NCBI RefSeq assembly: GCF_006345805.1
Contig: NW_021824866.1
Location: 1-17,187 of the forward strand
Length of the DNA stretch: 17,187 nt
From: Octopus sinensis
Lineage: Eukaryota
Direction: 5' to 3'
In this document: positions 1-9,200 of the stretch, one piece after another
Numbering within the stretch: position 1 is the first letter of the stretch
How the letters are laid out: every line of letters begins with the position of its first letter
The notes under the pieces: model-generated
What the model saw: only the letters and a program-made list of their open reading frames with translations
The model's database searches: none
What the model was told of the DNA's origin: nothing
Translations under genes and position numbers: made by a program

Positions 1-94
1 AGAAGAACAAATATTAAGTATTTCAGTTTGTTGTTGTCTTTACCTAGTGTTTTGCTCATTTCACTGTAGAATTTTCCTGTATTTTTTTTATCTT

Positions 95-295
95 TTATTT
101 GTTTCAGTCATTAGACTATGGTCAAGCTGGGGCACCACCTTTAGGTGACTGAATTGATCCCAGTCCTTACATTTTTTTTTTTTTTCAAACTGACACTTTT
201 TCTATCCGTCTCTTTTGCTGCACTGCTTAGTTATGGGAACACATCAGCTCCAGTTGTCAAGTGGTAGTGGAGAACAAACACACACACAAACACGT
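95..295 (-). mobile_element. Degenerate 3' part of a cephalopod-type SINE
   Basis: gtttcagtcattagactatggtcaagctggggcaccacc...ctatccgtctcttttgctgcactgct...gttgtcaag...acaaacacacac resembles the reverse complement of a common octopus SINE 3' half (recalled, not aligned). Confidence 0.5.
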
Positions 296-311
296 GTGTA
301 TATATATATAT

Positions 312-655
312 AAGGATGAAAAGGAACACACAAGTTGATATATATGGAAAAAAAAGTCAAGATAGAAAATGCTAAAATAATTTTATAAAAAACATTTCAG
401 TACCAGTTTCAGTCATTGAGACTTTTTCAACTGTAACAATTAAATAATTAAATTTAGAAAAATTAAAAGAAAAGTTTTTTTAAAAGAATATTTGTATAGT
501 GTTCAAATACAAGTGGCATTTTCCTTGTTTCTGCCTGTCCCTGTGTCTCTTGTTTACTCTTGTGGGTACAGCTAATATAGGATAACATTTTTCAAAAAAA
601 ATTCTATCATTGGCCAGCATATAAAAAAATACCTTTAAAGGTTAAATTTATAAAC
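312..655 (-). mobile_element. PLE-type terminal (pLTR-like) fragment ending in (TA)n
   Basis: AT-rich segment abutting a TA run and carrying a hammerhead-like fold at 396-436, the same layout as the 3' end of the PLE at 5709-5886. Confidence 0.4.
396..436 (-). ncRNA. Minimal hammerhead ribozyme-like motif (U3-A8 core)
   Basis: Minus strand reads ttacag-TTGAAAA-agtc tcaat gact-GAAA-c tg g TA-ctgaa: stem I cag/ctg, stem II agtc/gact, GUA triplet. Confidence 0.55.
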
Positions 656-716
656 AAGGGCAAAAGAAAAAAATTCTAATGCCAAATATGCCGAAAATAG
701 ACTTAAATCGTCAATA
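656..716 (+). repeat. Left terminal inverted repeat of a MITE-like element
   Basis: Matches the reverse complement of 3306-3366 at 58 of 61 positions. Confidence 0.7.
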
Positions 717-733
717 ACCAGATAATTCATCAC

Positions 734-2582
734 GTGTTTCGTGTTGCAAGACAGTGTGTGAGAGAGAATCATGATGTGGTAGGAGAGAAATGTGTTCGCA
801 TGGATGATGGTTCACTTGCGCTAAATGAGGATGCAAAGAGAGAGGTTTGGAGATGCCACTATGAAAGTTTGCTCAACAAAGAGAATGAATGGGATAAAGA
901 GAGTCTGCCGAATGTCGACCCAATAGAGGGACCAGCTATCCGAGTTGACAGTTCCATGGTAGTTAAGGCAATTGGAAGCATGAAGACAGGGAAAGCCCCA
1001 AGCCCGTCAGGAATTACTGCTGAGATGCTCAAAATATAGCCTAGTCACCCGTATAGTTAACCAGGTGATACACGAAGGAGTCATACCCAATGACTGGTGT
1101 AGTAGCATAATAGTCAACTGCTACAAAGGTAAAGGTGACGTCCTAGATACAAGTAATTACAGAGGTATTAAGCTGTTGGATCAGGTAATGAAGGTTACGG
1201 AAAGGGTCATAGCCCAACTGATTAGAGAGAGAGTCAACCTAGACGAGATGCAGTTTGGTTTCGTTCCAGGGAAAAGCACCACTGATGCTATATTTCTGGT
1301 GAGACAGCTTCAGGAGAAATACCTAGCCAAAGATAAAACTCTGTACCTGGCTTTCGTTGACTTGGAGAAAGCCTTTGACAGGGTCCCCCGATCCCTTATC
1401 TGGTGGTCAATGAGGAAACTAGGGATAGATGAATGGTTAGGGAGAGATGTGCGTGCCATGTACAGAGACGCTGTTAGTAAGGTGAGGGTTGGCAACGAGT
1501 ACAGTGAAGAATTCCGGGTGGAGGTTGGGGTCCACCAAGGCTCAGTCCTCAGACCCCTCCTATTTATCATAGTCCTCCAGGCAATAACGGAGGAATTCAA
1601 GACAGGATGCCCTTGGGAGCTCCTCTATGCTGACGACCTTGCTCTAATTGCTGAATCACTATCAGAACTCGAGGTGAAGTTTCAGGCATGGAAGCAAGGA
1701 TTAGAATCAAAGGGCCTTAGAGTCAATCTAGCTAAAACCAAAGTCCTAATAAGTAGGAGGGTAGACAAATCTCAAACACCTTCAGGTAGATGGCCCTGCT
1801 CGATCTGTAGAAAAGGCGTAGGTAGGAACTCTATAAGATGCACCAAGTGTAAGCTATGGACACATAAGAGGTACAGCAATGTCAAAGGAAGGCTAACCAG
1901 GAAGATAGTTTTTGTATGTGGCAGATGCTCTGGTTCAATAAAGACTGAAGATGCGCAGAGACCATCTTCCGCCACATTCCAGGGAGAAAAACTTGAAATA
2001 GTTGATAGTTTCCGTTACCTAGGTGACCAAGTCAGTAGCGGGGGTGGGTGTGCCGAAAGTGTAACTGCTAGAGTAAGAATAGCCTCGGCAAAGTTCAGAG
2101 AGCTCTTACCTCTGCTGGTGACAAAGGGCCTCTCACTCAGAGTAAAAGGCAGACTGTATGACGCATGTGTGCGAACAGCCATGCTACATGGCAGTGAAAC
2201 ATGGGCTGTGACTGCTGAGGATATGCGTAAGCTCGCAAGAAATGAAGCCAGTATGCTCCGTTGGATGTGTAATGTTAGTGTTCATACCCGACAGAGTGTA
2301 AGTGCCTTGAGAGAAAAGCTGGACCTAAGAAGCATCAGATGTGGTGTGCAAGAGAGGCGTCTACGCTGGTATGGACACGTAGTTAGAATGGATGAAGATA
2401 GTTGTGTGAAAAAGTGCCACACCCTAGCGGTTGAGGGAACCTGTGGAAGAGGCAGACCCAGAAAAGCCTGGGACGAGGTGGTGAAGAATGACCTTCGCGC
2501 TTTAGGTCTCACCGAGGAAATGACCAGAAACCGAGACCTTTGGAAGTATGCTGTGCGCGAGAAGACCCGACAGGACACGTGA
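734..2582 (+). pseudogene. RTE ORF (RT with embedded PHD finger), broken at 1037; long frame 1065-2582
   Basis: Motifs YRGIKLL, FVDLEKAFDRVPR, GVHQGSVL.PLLF, LLYADDL, FRYLG, RLRWYGHV and GRGRPRK.W. Lacks 17 bp relative to copy 2. Confidence 0.9.
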
Positions 2583-2743
2583 GGCCATAACCCATGGCCC
2601 CTACCTGGGACGTAGTCAGTCCACCTGTGCATACCTTCCTTCTTGGGACACTTGTGAAGGCCTGTTGAGGCAAGTGAAAATCAAACCAAATCAAAATCGA
2701 TGAACATCAATGGAATTTGTATCCTTGTGGTACCAGTGCCGAT

Positions 2744-3010
2744 GGCACATAAGAAAACCATCCGAACGTGGCCGTAGCCAGTACCGCATCAACTGGCCTC
2801 CGTACTGTGGGCACGTAACAAACACCATCCGATCGTGGCCGTTCGCCAGCCTCGTCTGGCACCTGTGTCGGTGGCACATAAAAACACCATCCAAGCGTGG
2901 CCGTTCGCCAGCCTCGTCTGGCACCTGTGTCGGTGGCACATAAAAAACACCATCCGAGCGTGGTCGTTCGCCAGCCTCGTCTGGCACCTGTGTCGGTGGC
3001 ACATAAAATC
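2744..3010 (+). repeat. Tandem 62-66-bp repeat in the RTE 3'UTR
   Basis: Units begin ggcac(a/g)taa at 2744, 2810, 2873, 2935 and 2998 (partial). Confidence 0.85.
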
Positions 3011-3305
3011 ACCCACTACACTCTCGGAGTGGTTGGCGTTAGGAAGGGCATCCAGCTGTAGAAACACTGCCAGATCTGACTGGCCTGGTGCAGCCTTCGG
3101 GCTTCCCAGACCCCAGTTGAACCGTACAACCCATGCTAGCATGGAAGGCGGACGTAAACGATGATGATGATGATGATGATGATGATGATAAGCACGTGTC
3201 TCGAAGTAAGCCGACAGAAATTTCTAAAAAATTCCGTTATTATCGTATCAGCCCCGATTTCAGAGTTAATTCATAAGAATTTTCTCCTCGTCAGCGATAA
3301 ATACA

Positions 3306-3366
3306 TATTGACGATTTAAGGCTATTTTCAGCATATTTGGCATTAGAATATTTTTCTTTTGCCCTT
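3306..3366 (-). repeat. Right terminal inverted repeat of the MITE-like element split by RTE copy 1
   Basis: Reverse complement matches 656-716. Removing the RTE gives an element of about 250 bp. No clear TSD. Confidence 0.7.
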
Positions 3367-3603
3367 TATTCCAAGGAATCTAATGCTCTTAGCTTAATTT
3401 TTCTTTGGGGCTAGCCAGATTGGAGCAATCTCAAGATTAATCAGCCGAAATTGTGAGGATGATCCAGTTCTTGACTGAAGATAAAAGGCTTCGAATGACT
3501 CATCCTTGTTTTTTTGTATTGTCTATTTGGATGTTTTGTCGTCCCTTTTTGCATCACCTAGTTGTCCAGATGTTTTGCGTTCTTGTCCCATTTTGTATTT
3601 TAT

Positions 3604-3605
<2 letters not shown>
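3367..3605 (+). repeat. Dispersed TA-anchored repeat (inverted copy at 5341-5484)
   Basis: ttggagcaatctcaaga...atgttttgcgttcttgtcccattttgtattt is the reverse complement of 5341-5484. Confidence 0.7.

Positions 3606-3644
<39 letters not shown>
3606..3644. repeat. (TA)n microsatellite
   Basis: Direct reading. Confidence 0.95.
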
Positions 3645-3646
<2 letters not shown>

Positions 3647-3822
3647 ACATTTGATGTCCATTTTCCATGCTGGCATGGGTTGTGCAGCTTGATAGGAACT
3701 GGCAAGGCCAGAGGTTGCACCATGTTCTCTAGTCTGTTTGGGCTTGGTTTCTATGGCTGGATGCCCTTCCAAACACCAATCACTTTACAGTGTACTGGCT
3801 GCTTTTTATGTGGCACCAGCAC
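3643..3822 (-). mobile_element. Old RTE 3'UTR remnant
   Basis: ccatgctggcatgggttg...gctggatgcccttccaaacaccaatcac...gctttttatgtggcacc is a diverged reverse complement of the RTE 3' ends in this window. Confidence 0.75.
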
Positions 3823-4100
3823 CCATACCAATGTTTATACACACACACATTGTAAATATAATGAACAAAAATGAAAATGATAGCTCAGGATGGATAAGTT
3901 TTAATGCTTAAAACACGGGAGAGAGCCTTAACTTTTCGAGTGTTTGTCCTTCACCATGGGCTGATACAGTATTGAGTACTCAATGAAAAAAACACACCTA
4001 CATACACAGAAACTTGAAGTTATGTATATGAGTCACTATAACTGTATTGTACAATATATGTATGCGTGTGCATGTATGTGTGTGTCATCATCATCATCGT

Positions 4101-4284
4101 TTCTTATTTCTTTATTGCCCACAAGGGGCTAAACATAGAGGGGACAAACAAGGACAGACAAAGGGATTAAGCCGATTATATCGACCCCAGTGCGTAACTG
4201 GTACTTAATTTATTGACCCCGAAAGGATGAAAGGCAAAGTCGATCTTGGCAGAATTTGAACTCAGAACGTAGCAGCAGACGAAA
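4101..4284 (-). mobile_element. tRNA-type SINE, 5'-truncated (same family as 14751-14982)
   Basis: Reverse complement closely matches about 14805-14982, including the B-box-like gagttcaaattc. Confidence 0.85.
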
Positions 4285-4984
4285 CATCCATCTCCCCACC
4301 ACCCACAAGGGGCCAAACACAGAGGACAGACAATGGCATTGATGAGGATGATGGTACAAGGCCTGTCTCTGTACCATTTTAACGAAAAGCAACTGCAGCT
4401 TTTCCCCATCTCCAACTGCCTTATCCATTGGCATCTTTCGTTGCATATGATTAATTACATTCAACACTACATCCTGATCACATTAATACATTCGTTAACT
4501 ATACAAATGACAACTCCCTTTTAATACAGGATTCAGTAGCTCTGAATATTGTCAGTCCTGAACTTGTATGGAATAGGTTGATGGCAGTTTTCTTGTGTCT
4601 GAAGATCATGAGAACGAGTGGCATGCCCTTGAGTGAATCTGTAAACTGATCCTTGATACTTCAGGGCCTGTGCTTCAAAGTTTTCAGTGAGGGACAGTTC
4701 ACACTACCAGATCCCACTCTTTAACTTGGAGATCTGATCACAATGGCTGAGTGAGCCAGGACAGCTGTAGTGACTGGTAAGCCATAGATTTTACATTGGT
4801 ATGGCTTTTTCTCAGATGAATTGATTTACGGGGCTAGAGAGCTCTGCCTACCCTGGAAGGTTGTCAAAAAAGGTACCAGACCATCTGAGCTACTCCATTC
4901 CTTCATTTGCTGTTAAGGTTGACTCCCTTAGGCAATGAGGATTTGTGCTTGAAGTTTCTTCCATAACATGTTAATTAACCCATC

Positions 4985-5135
4985 ACTGGGACCCTAACAG
5001 CTGCTACTACTCTGGGTCAGAATAAACTTGGGAACAATATGGATAAGAGTTCATTCTGCACACCTCAAAACCCTTGAACTTTGAACCAGAGCCCTACTAC
5101 CAGATGCAGTTTTAAGCCATACCAAGGAATATGTT
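4985..5135 (+). mobile_element. Possible ancient interspersed-repeat remnant (LINE 3'-like)
   Basis: gaccctaacagctgctactactctgggtcag...ccagatgcagttttaagccataccaagg resembles a recalled repeat consensus; there is no second copy in the window. Confidence 0.3.
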
Positions 5136-5340
5136 AACGTAAGTATAAATGTCAAATACACACAAAAGTAAAGGCTATGTCAAAGCTAACATGCTTACAA
5201 CAGAAATTCTACATTTTGACTTCAAGCACAAAGGTTTGTATCACAATTTAATTATTGACTATACTGAACTGAAGGATAAGAATGAATGCAGAGTCCACCA
5301 TAAAAATGTATACACACTGTATATATAATATATATTTATA

Positions 5341-5484
5341 AAAAATACAAAATGGGACAAGAACGCAAAACATCCAGATAGATGATACAAAAAACACAGA
5401 TGGGTCATTCGAAGCCTTTAATCTTCAGTCAATAACTGGATCATCCTCGCAATTTTGGCTGATTACTCTTGAGATTGCTCCAAT
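5341..5484 (-). repeat. TA-flanked dispersed repeat (inverted relative to 3419-3602)
   Basis: Reverse-complement match, with TA runs on both sides. Confidence 0.7.
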
Positions 5485-5555
5485 ATATATATATAATATA
5501 TATATTATATATATATATAATATATAATATATATATATATATATTATATATATAT

Positions 5556-5628
<73 letters not shown>

Positions 5629-5674
5629 GGAGAGAGAGAGAGAAAGAGTATATATATATATATATATATATATA
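5485..5674. repeat. Imperfect (TA)n with a short (GA)n
   Basis: Direct reading. The ORF 5469-5675 is an artefact of this run. Confidence 0.95.
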
Positions 5675-5847
5675 GATAAGAAAGTTTGTTTGGTAAAGCA
5701 CTGGGTGAATATATAAGAAAATAGTAAAGTGTGAAAAACGACAGAAGGCTTAAATGTTAAAAAATATATATATTTGTGTCAAAATGTCTGGAGAATATTG
5801 GAAAAATTTTTTTCCTTTCCTTAAAATGACATAATTTTAAAATTTTT

Positions 5848-5886
5848 AAGAAATTACCGGTTTCGCGTGTAGCTTTTCAATTTCTT
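5848..5886 (-). ncRNA. Minimal hammerhead-like motif in the PLE 3' terminal region
   Basis: aagaaa-TTGAAAA-gc tacac gc-GAAA-ccggTA-atttctt, one T shorter than the copy at 8766-8805. Confidence 0.55.
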
Positions 5887-6034
5887 GTGACGTTATGTTT
5901 ATATTGTATGAATTATCGTTGTTTTTATTTCCAGGAGATTTCTAAATAAGGGGAGGTAGTGAGTGATTTTTTCCGTGTAGGGGAGATAATCGCTTAAAAA
6001 AATTTTTTTTTTTTTTTTTTTTCCCATTTCCTTG

Positions 6035-8024
6035 TTAATTCTCTGTGTCGTATGTTCGGATGGTTGAGTCTGGGTTTGTACTTTTCAATGAAGAATGTTT
6101 CCTTGTTCAGTCTCATTTGTGTTGATGATCCGAAAGCACATTGGTAAAATGGGAAGATTAAAAATTGTGGCAGTAGTTGCTTGCGTTGCTTTGCGTTTCT
6201 CAATGTGCTCACTAAAAGGTATCATTCTATATTCTGGGAATGCAATCTGTTGTCGATGCAGTGTGCATCTGCGCCTGAGTGATAGTCCCGTGGAACCCAC
6301 GTAGTCTTGGTGGCAGCCCGAGCATTTAATAACATAAATTATGTTTTCAGAGGCACAAGTAAAGTTAGATTTGATCTTAATTTCTGTCCCTCTTTAAAGA
6401 AGAATTCTGATCCTTCCAATAGGTTAGACATGTTGCACAGTTCGATCTACCACATTTTTTTACTTTTGCATCCGTAATTTTAGAAGACAATTTTGCCTTT
6501 GTGAGAATCTTTTTAAGTGATTTAGGCTGTTTGTAGCTTTTAATGATTTGGTGTATGTTTAGAATTTCCTTTAATTTGGGGTTTTTATGAAGTATTGGTA
6601 AATTCTGGGTGATGATGGTGAAGGCTTCTTTTTTTCTGGGGTTGTATGTAGATATGTAAGGTAGTATTTTCGGGGAAGGTGTGTGTTGTTGTGTTGAACT
6701 TTTCTTAAAGTTTCTATGTTGATTTCTGTTGCACGTCTGATCCCATCCTCTATGAGTTGAGCTGGGTAATGTCTGTCAATTAGGGTGTTTTTGAGTTCTT
6801 GCAGTCTAAAGTTCCTGGTATTTTGTTCTGACACTATTGTGCATATCCTTCTTGCAAGGTTGAAGGGGATGTTTGTTTAGTGTGTCTTGGTGGCATGAAT
6901 TAAAAAGAAGGTATTGTTTGGCGTCTGTGGCTTTGTAAAAAATGTCTGTTTCTATTTTAAGGTTAATTTTTTTAATTAGTATATCCAAGAACGGGAGCTC
7001 CTTTTGGTTGTATTCCATTGTGAACTGTATATTTGGGTTTATGCTGTTCAATAGGTTTTTAAATTTTAGGAGTTTATCTATGTTTTCATTCCAGAGAATG
7101 AAACATCGTCTAGGAATCGTTTCCAATTCTCTTTTATGTATTGAGAGAGGGAGTTTCCAAAGATTGATAGAGATTCCTGGTAAATGATTATTTCCATGTA
7201 TCCCATTGTTAAGTTCGCAATGACTGGTGCTGCCCTTGTACCCATAGCAATTCCGGATTTTGACGGTAAAATGTATTGTCAAACATGAAGTGGTTATTGT
7301 GTAGGATGAATTCAATTGATTTAGTAATGAATTCCTTACTGATCCTTTTTGGTATTTCTTCCGGAAATTGGTCTAACCAGAATTGTATTGCCTCCAGTCC
7401 ATAATTATGAGGTATACTGGTATACAAGTTGACTACATCAAATGAAACCAGGATTGTTTCTTCCTTGGTTTTTTTTGGAAGGTGGTTTAACATATCTAAG
7501 TCATCTCTGATATGGCTATCGATATGTTTAAGGAAGGGTTTCAAGAGGATGTCCATAAGTAGACTTAGTCTGTGTGTTTCACAGTTGGGCCAGCTACAAT
7601 GGGTCGTAGTTTTAGGTCCCCCGGATTAGGTGTTGTATGTATGTCTTTGGTGATTTTTTAATGGTTTCATTTATAATTTGACTTTTATGAATTTTTGGCA
7701 GACCATAGAAAAGGCTAGGTTTGCATTTAAAGTTTGTTAGGAATCAATCTCTTTGGTTGTCATTTCCTTTTCATGGGTTTTAATTAGTGAAGATAGAGTT
7801 TTCATTATTTTTTGTGGGGTGTAGTTGGTAATTTTTTCATAATGTAGGTCTTCATCAAGCAAGGAAATTACAAGATTTCTGTAGTATGATGTATCCATTA
7901 TTACAACTGCATTTCCCTTGTCCGCTTCCTTAATGGTTATATCTTCATCATTTTGGAGTTCTATCAGTTCTTTCCATTGTGTATTGTTAAAATTTGGGTT
8001 AGCTTTCTGTTTATGTATAGTAAC
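6035..8024 (-). pseudogene. PLE RT and GIY-YIG endonuclease ORF, frameshifted
   Basis: Across frames: ITIKEADKGNAVVIMD, FYGLPKIHK, LRPIVAGP, SFDVVNLYTSIP, GIAMGTRAAP, WKRFLDD, LPFLDI, DIFYKATD, NIIYVIKC..C..DYVGST...LRRR...H and E..FI.KY.P.LN. Confidence 0.9.
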
Positions 8025-8943
8025 AAAGAAGCCTTCACCATCATCACCCAGAATTTACCAATACTTCATAAAAACCCAAAATTAAAGGAAATTCTAAACA
8101 TACACCAAATCATTAAAAGCTACAAACAGCCTAAATCACTTAAAAAGATTCTCACAAAGGCAAAATTGTCTTCTAAAATTACGGATGCAAAAGTAAAAAA
8201 ATGTGGTAGATCGAACTGTGCAACATGTCCTAACCTATTGGAAGGATCAGAATCTTCTTTAAAGAGGGACAGAAATTTAAGATCAAATCTAACTTTACTT
8301 GTGCCTCTGAAAACATAATTTATGTTTTTAAATGCTCGGGCTGCCACCAAGACTACGTGGGTTCCACGGGACTATCACTCAGGCGCAGATGCACACTGCA
8401 TCGACAACAGATTGCATTCCCAGAATATAGAATGATACCTTTTAGTGAGCACATTGAGAAATGCGCAAAGCAACTACTGCCACAATTTTTAATCTTCCCA
8501 TTTTACCAATGTGCTTTCGGATCATCAACACAAATGAGACTGAACAAGGAAACATTCTTCATTGAAAAGTACAAACCCAGACTCAACCATCCGAACATAC
8601 TGACACAGAGAAATTAACAAGAAATGGGAAAAAAAAAAAAAAAAAAAAAATTTTTTAAGCGATTATCTCCCCTACACCGGAAAAATCACTCACTACCTCC
8701 CCTTATTTAGAAATCTCCTGGAAATAAAAACAACGATAATTCCATACAATATAACATAACGTCACAAGAAATTTGAAAAGCTACACGCGAAACCGGTAAT
8801 TTCTTTAAAAATTTTAAATTATGTCATTTTAAGGAAAGGAAAAAAATTTTTCCAATATTCTCCAGACATTTTGACACAAATATATATATTTTTTAACATT
8901 TAAGCCTTCTGTCGTTTTTTCACACTTTACTATTTTCTTATAT

Positions 8944-8946
<3 letters not shown>
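8025..8946 (+). mobile_element. Inverted pseudo-LTR: copy of PLE 5709-6631 including the GIY-YIG coding region
   Basis: Near-identical reverse complement of 5709-6631. ORFs 7953-8318 and 8357-8617 give CGRSNCATC and YVGSTGLSLRRR...KYKPRLN. Confidence 0.9.
8766..8805 (+). ncRNA. Minimal type I hammerhead-like motif (U3-A8 core)
   Basis: aagaaat-TTGAAAA-gc tacac gc-GAAA-c cg g TA-atttctt: perfect 7-bp stem I, palindromic accggt in stem III, GUA triplet. Confidence 0.65.
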
Positions 8947-8974
<28 letters not shown>

Positions 8975-8976
<2 letters not shown>

Positions 8977-9200
8977 GGCCCTCATACCAGAACTAGAAAA
9001 GGAATTTCGTGTGTGGAAGCTAGGTTTAGAATCAAAAGCCCTTAGAGTCAATGTAGCAAAGACCAAAGTTCTAGTAAGTAGGAAGGTGAACTCATCACAC
9101 ACACCCTTAGGTAGGTGGCCCGGTTCGATCTGTAGAAAACGTGTAGGTAGAAACTCCACAGGATGTACCAGTGTAAGCTATGGACACATAAGAGGTGCAG
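8975..9200 (+). mobile_element. RTE RT fragment, duplicate of 14021-14246
   Basis: 226 bp with one mismatch seen and the same start point after a TA run. Confidence 0.85.

Larger units (their letters stand above)
734..3189 (+). mobile_element. RTE-clade LINE copy 1, 5'-truncated, with (GAT)n tail
   Basis: RT ORF, 3'UTR containing ggttggcgttaggaagggcatccagctgtagaaac, and (GAT)n at about 3161-3189. Candidate TSD cacgtgt(t/c)tcg at 731-741 and 3193-3203. Confidence 0.92.
5709..8024 (-). mobile_element. Penelope-like element (EN+, Neptune-like), 5'-truncated
   Basis: Minus-strand RT and GIY-YIG motifs, a Cys-rich linker (CGRSNCATC) and a 3' terminal region with a hammerhead-like fold. Confidence 0.9.

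Noticed and set aside
1310-1600. Antisense ORFs over the RTE RT (also 11773-12192 and 12605-12895)
   Set aside because: Their similarity between copies is explained by conservation of the sense frame.
2744-3010. CRISPR-like appearance of the regularly spaced repeats
   Set aside because: The units are contiguous with no unique spacers, lie in a eukaryotic LINE UTR, and no cas genes are present.
2691-3164. Repetitive ORFs on both strands in RTE 3'UTRs (also 13185-13963)
   Set aside because: They are by-products of GC-rich tandem UTR repeats, are not shared between the two copies and show no domain motifs.
3861-3958. Eroded hammerhead-like element (minus strand atggtgaaggacaaacactcgaaaagtta)
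   Set aside because: The core and stem II are too degenerate to call, so it is noted only as a possible relative of 9709-9918.
4781-4813. Minus-strand EKKPYQCKIYG resembling a C2H2 finger linker
   Set aside because: The second Cys is absent, His spacing is wrong, there is no second finger, and a stop follows soon after.
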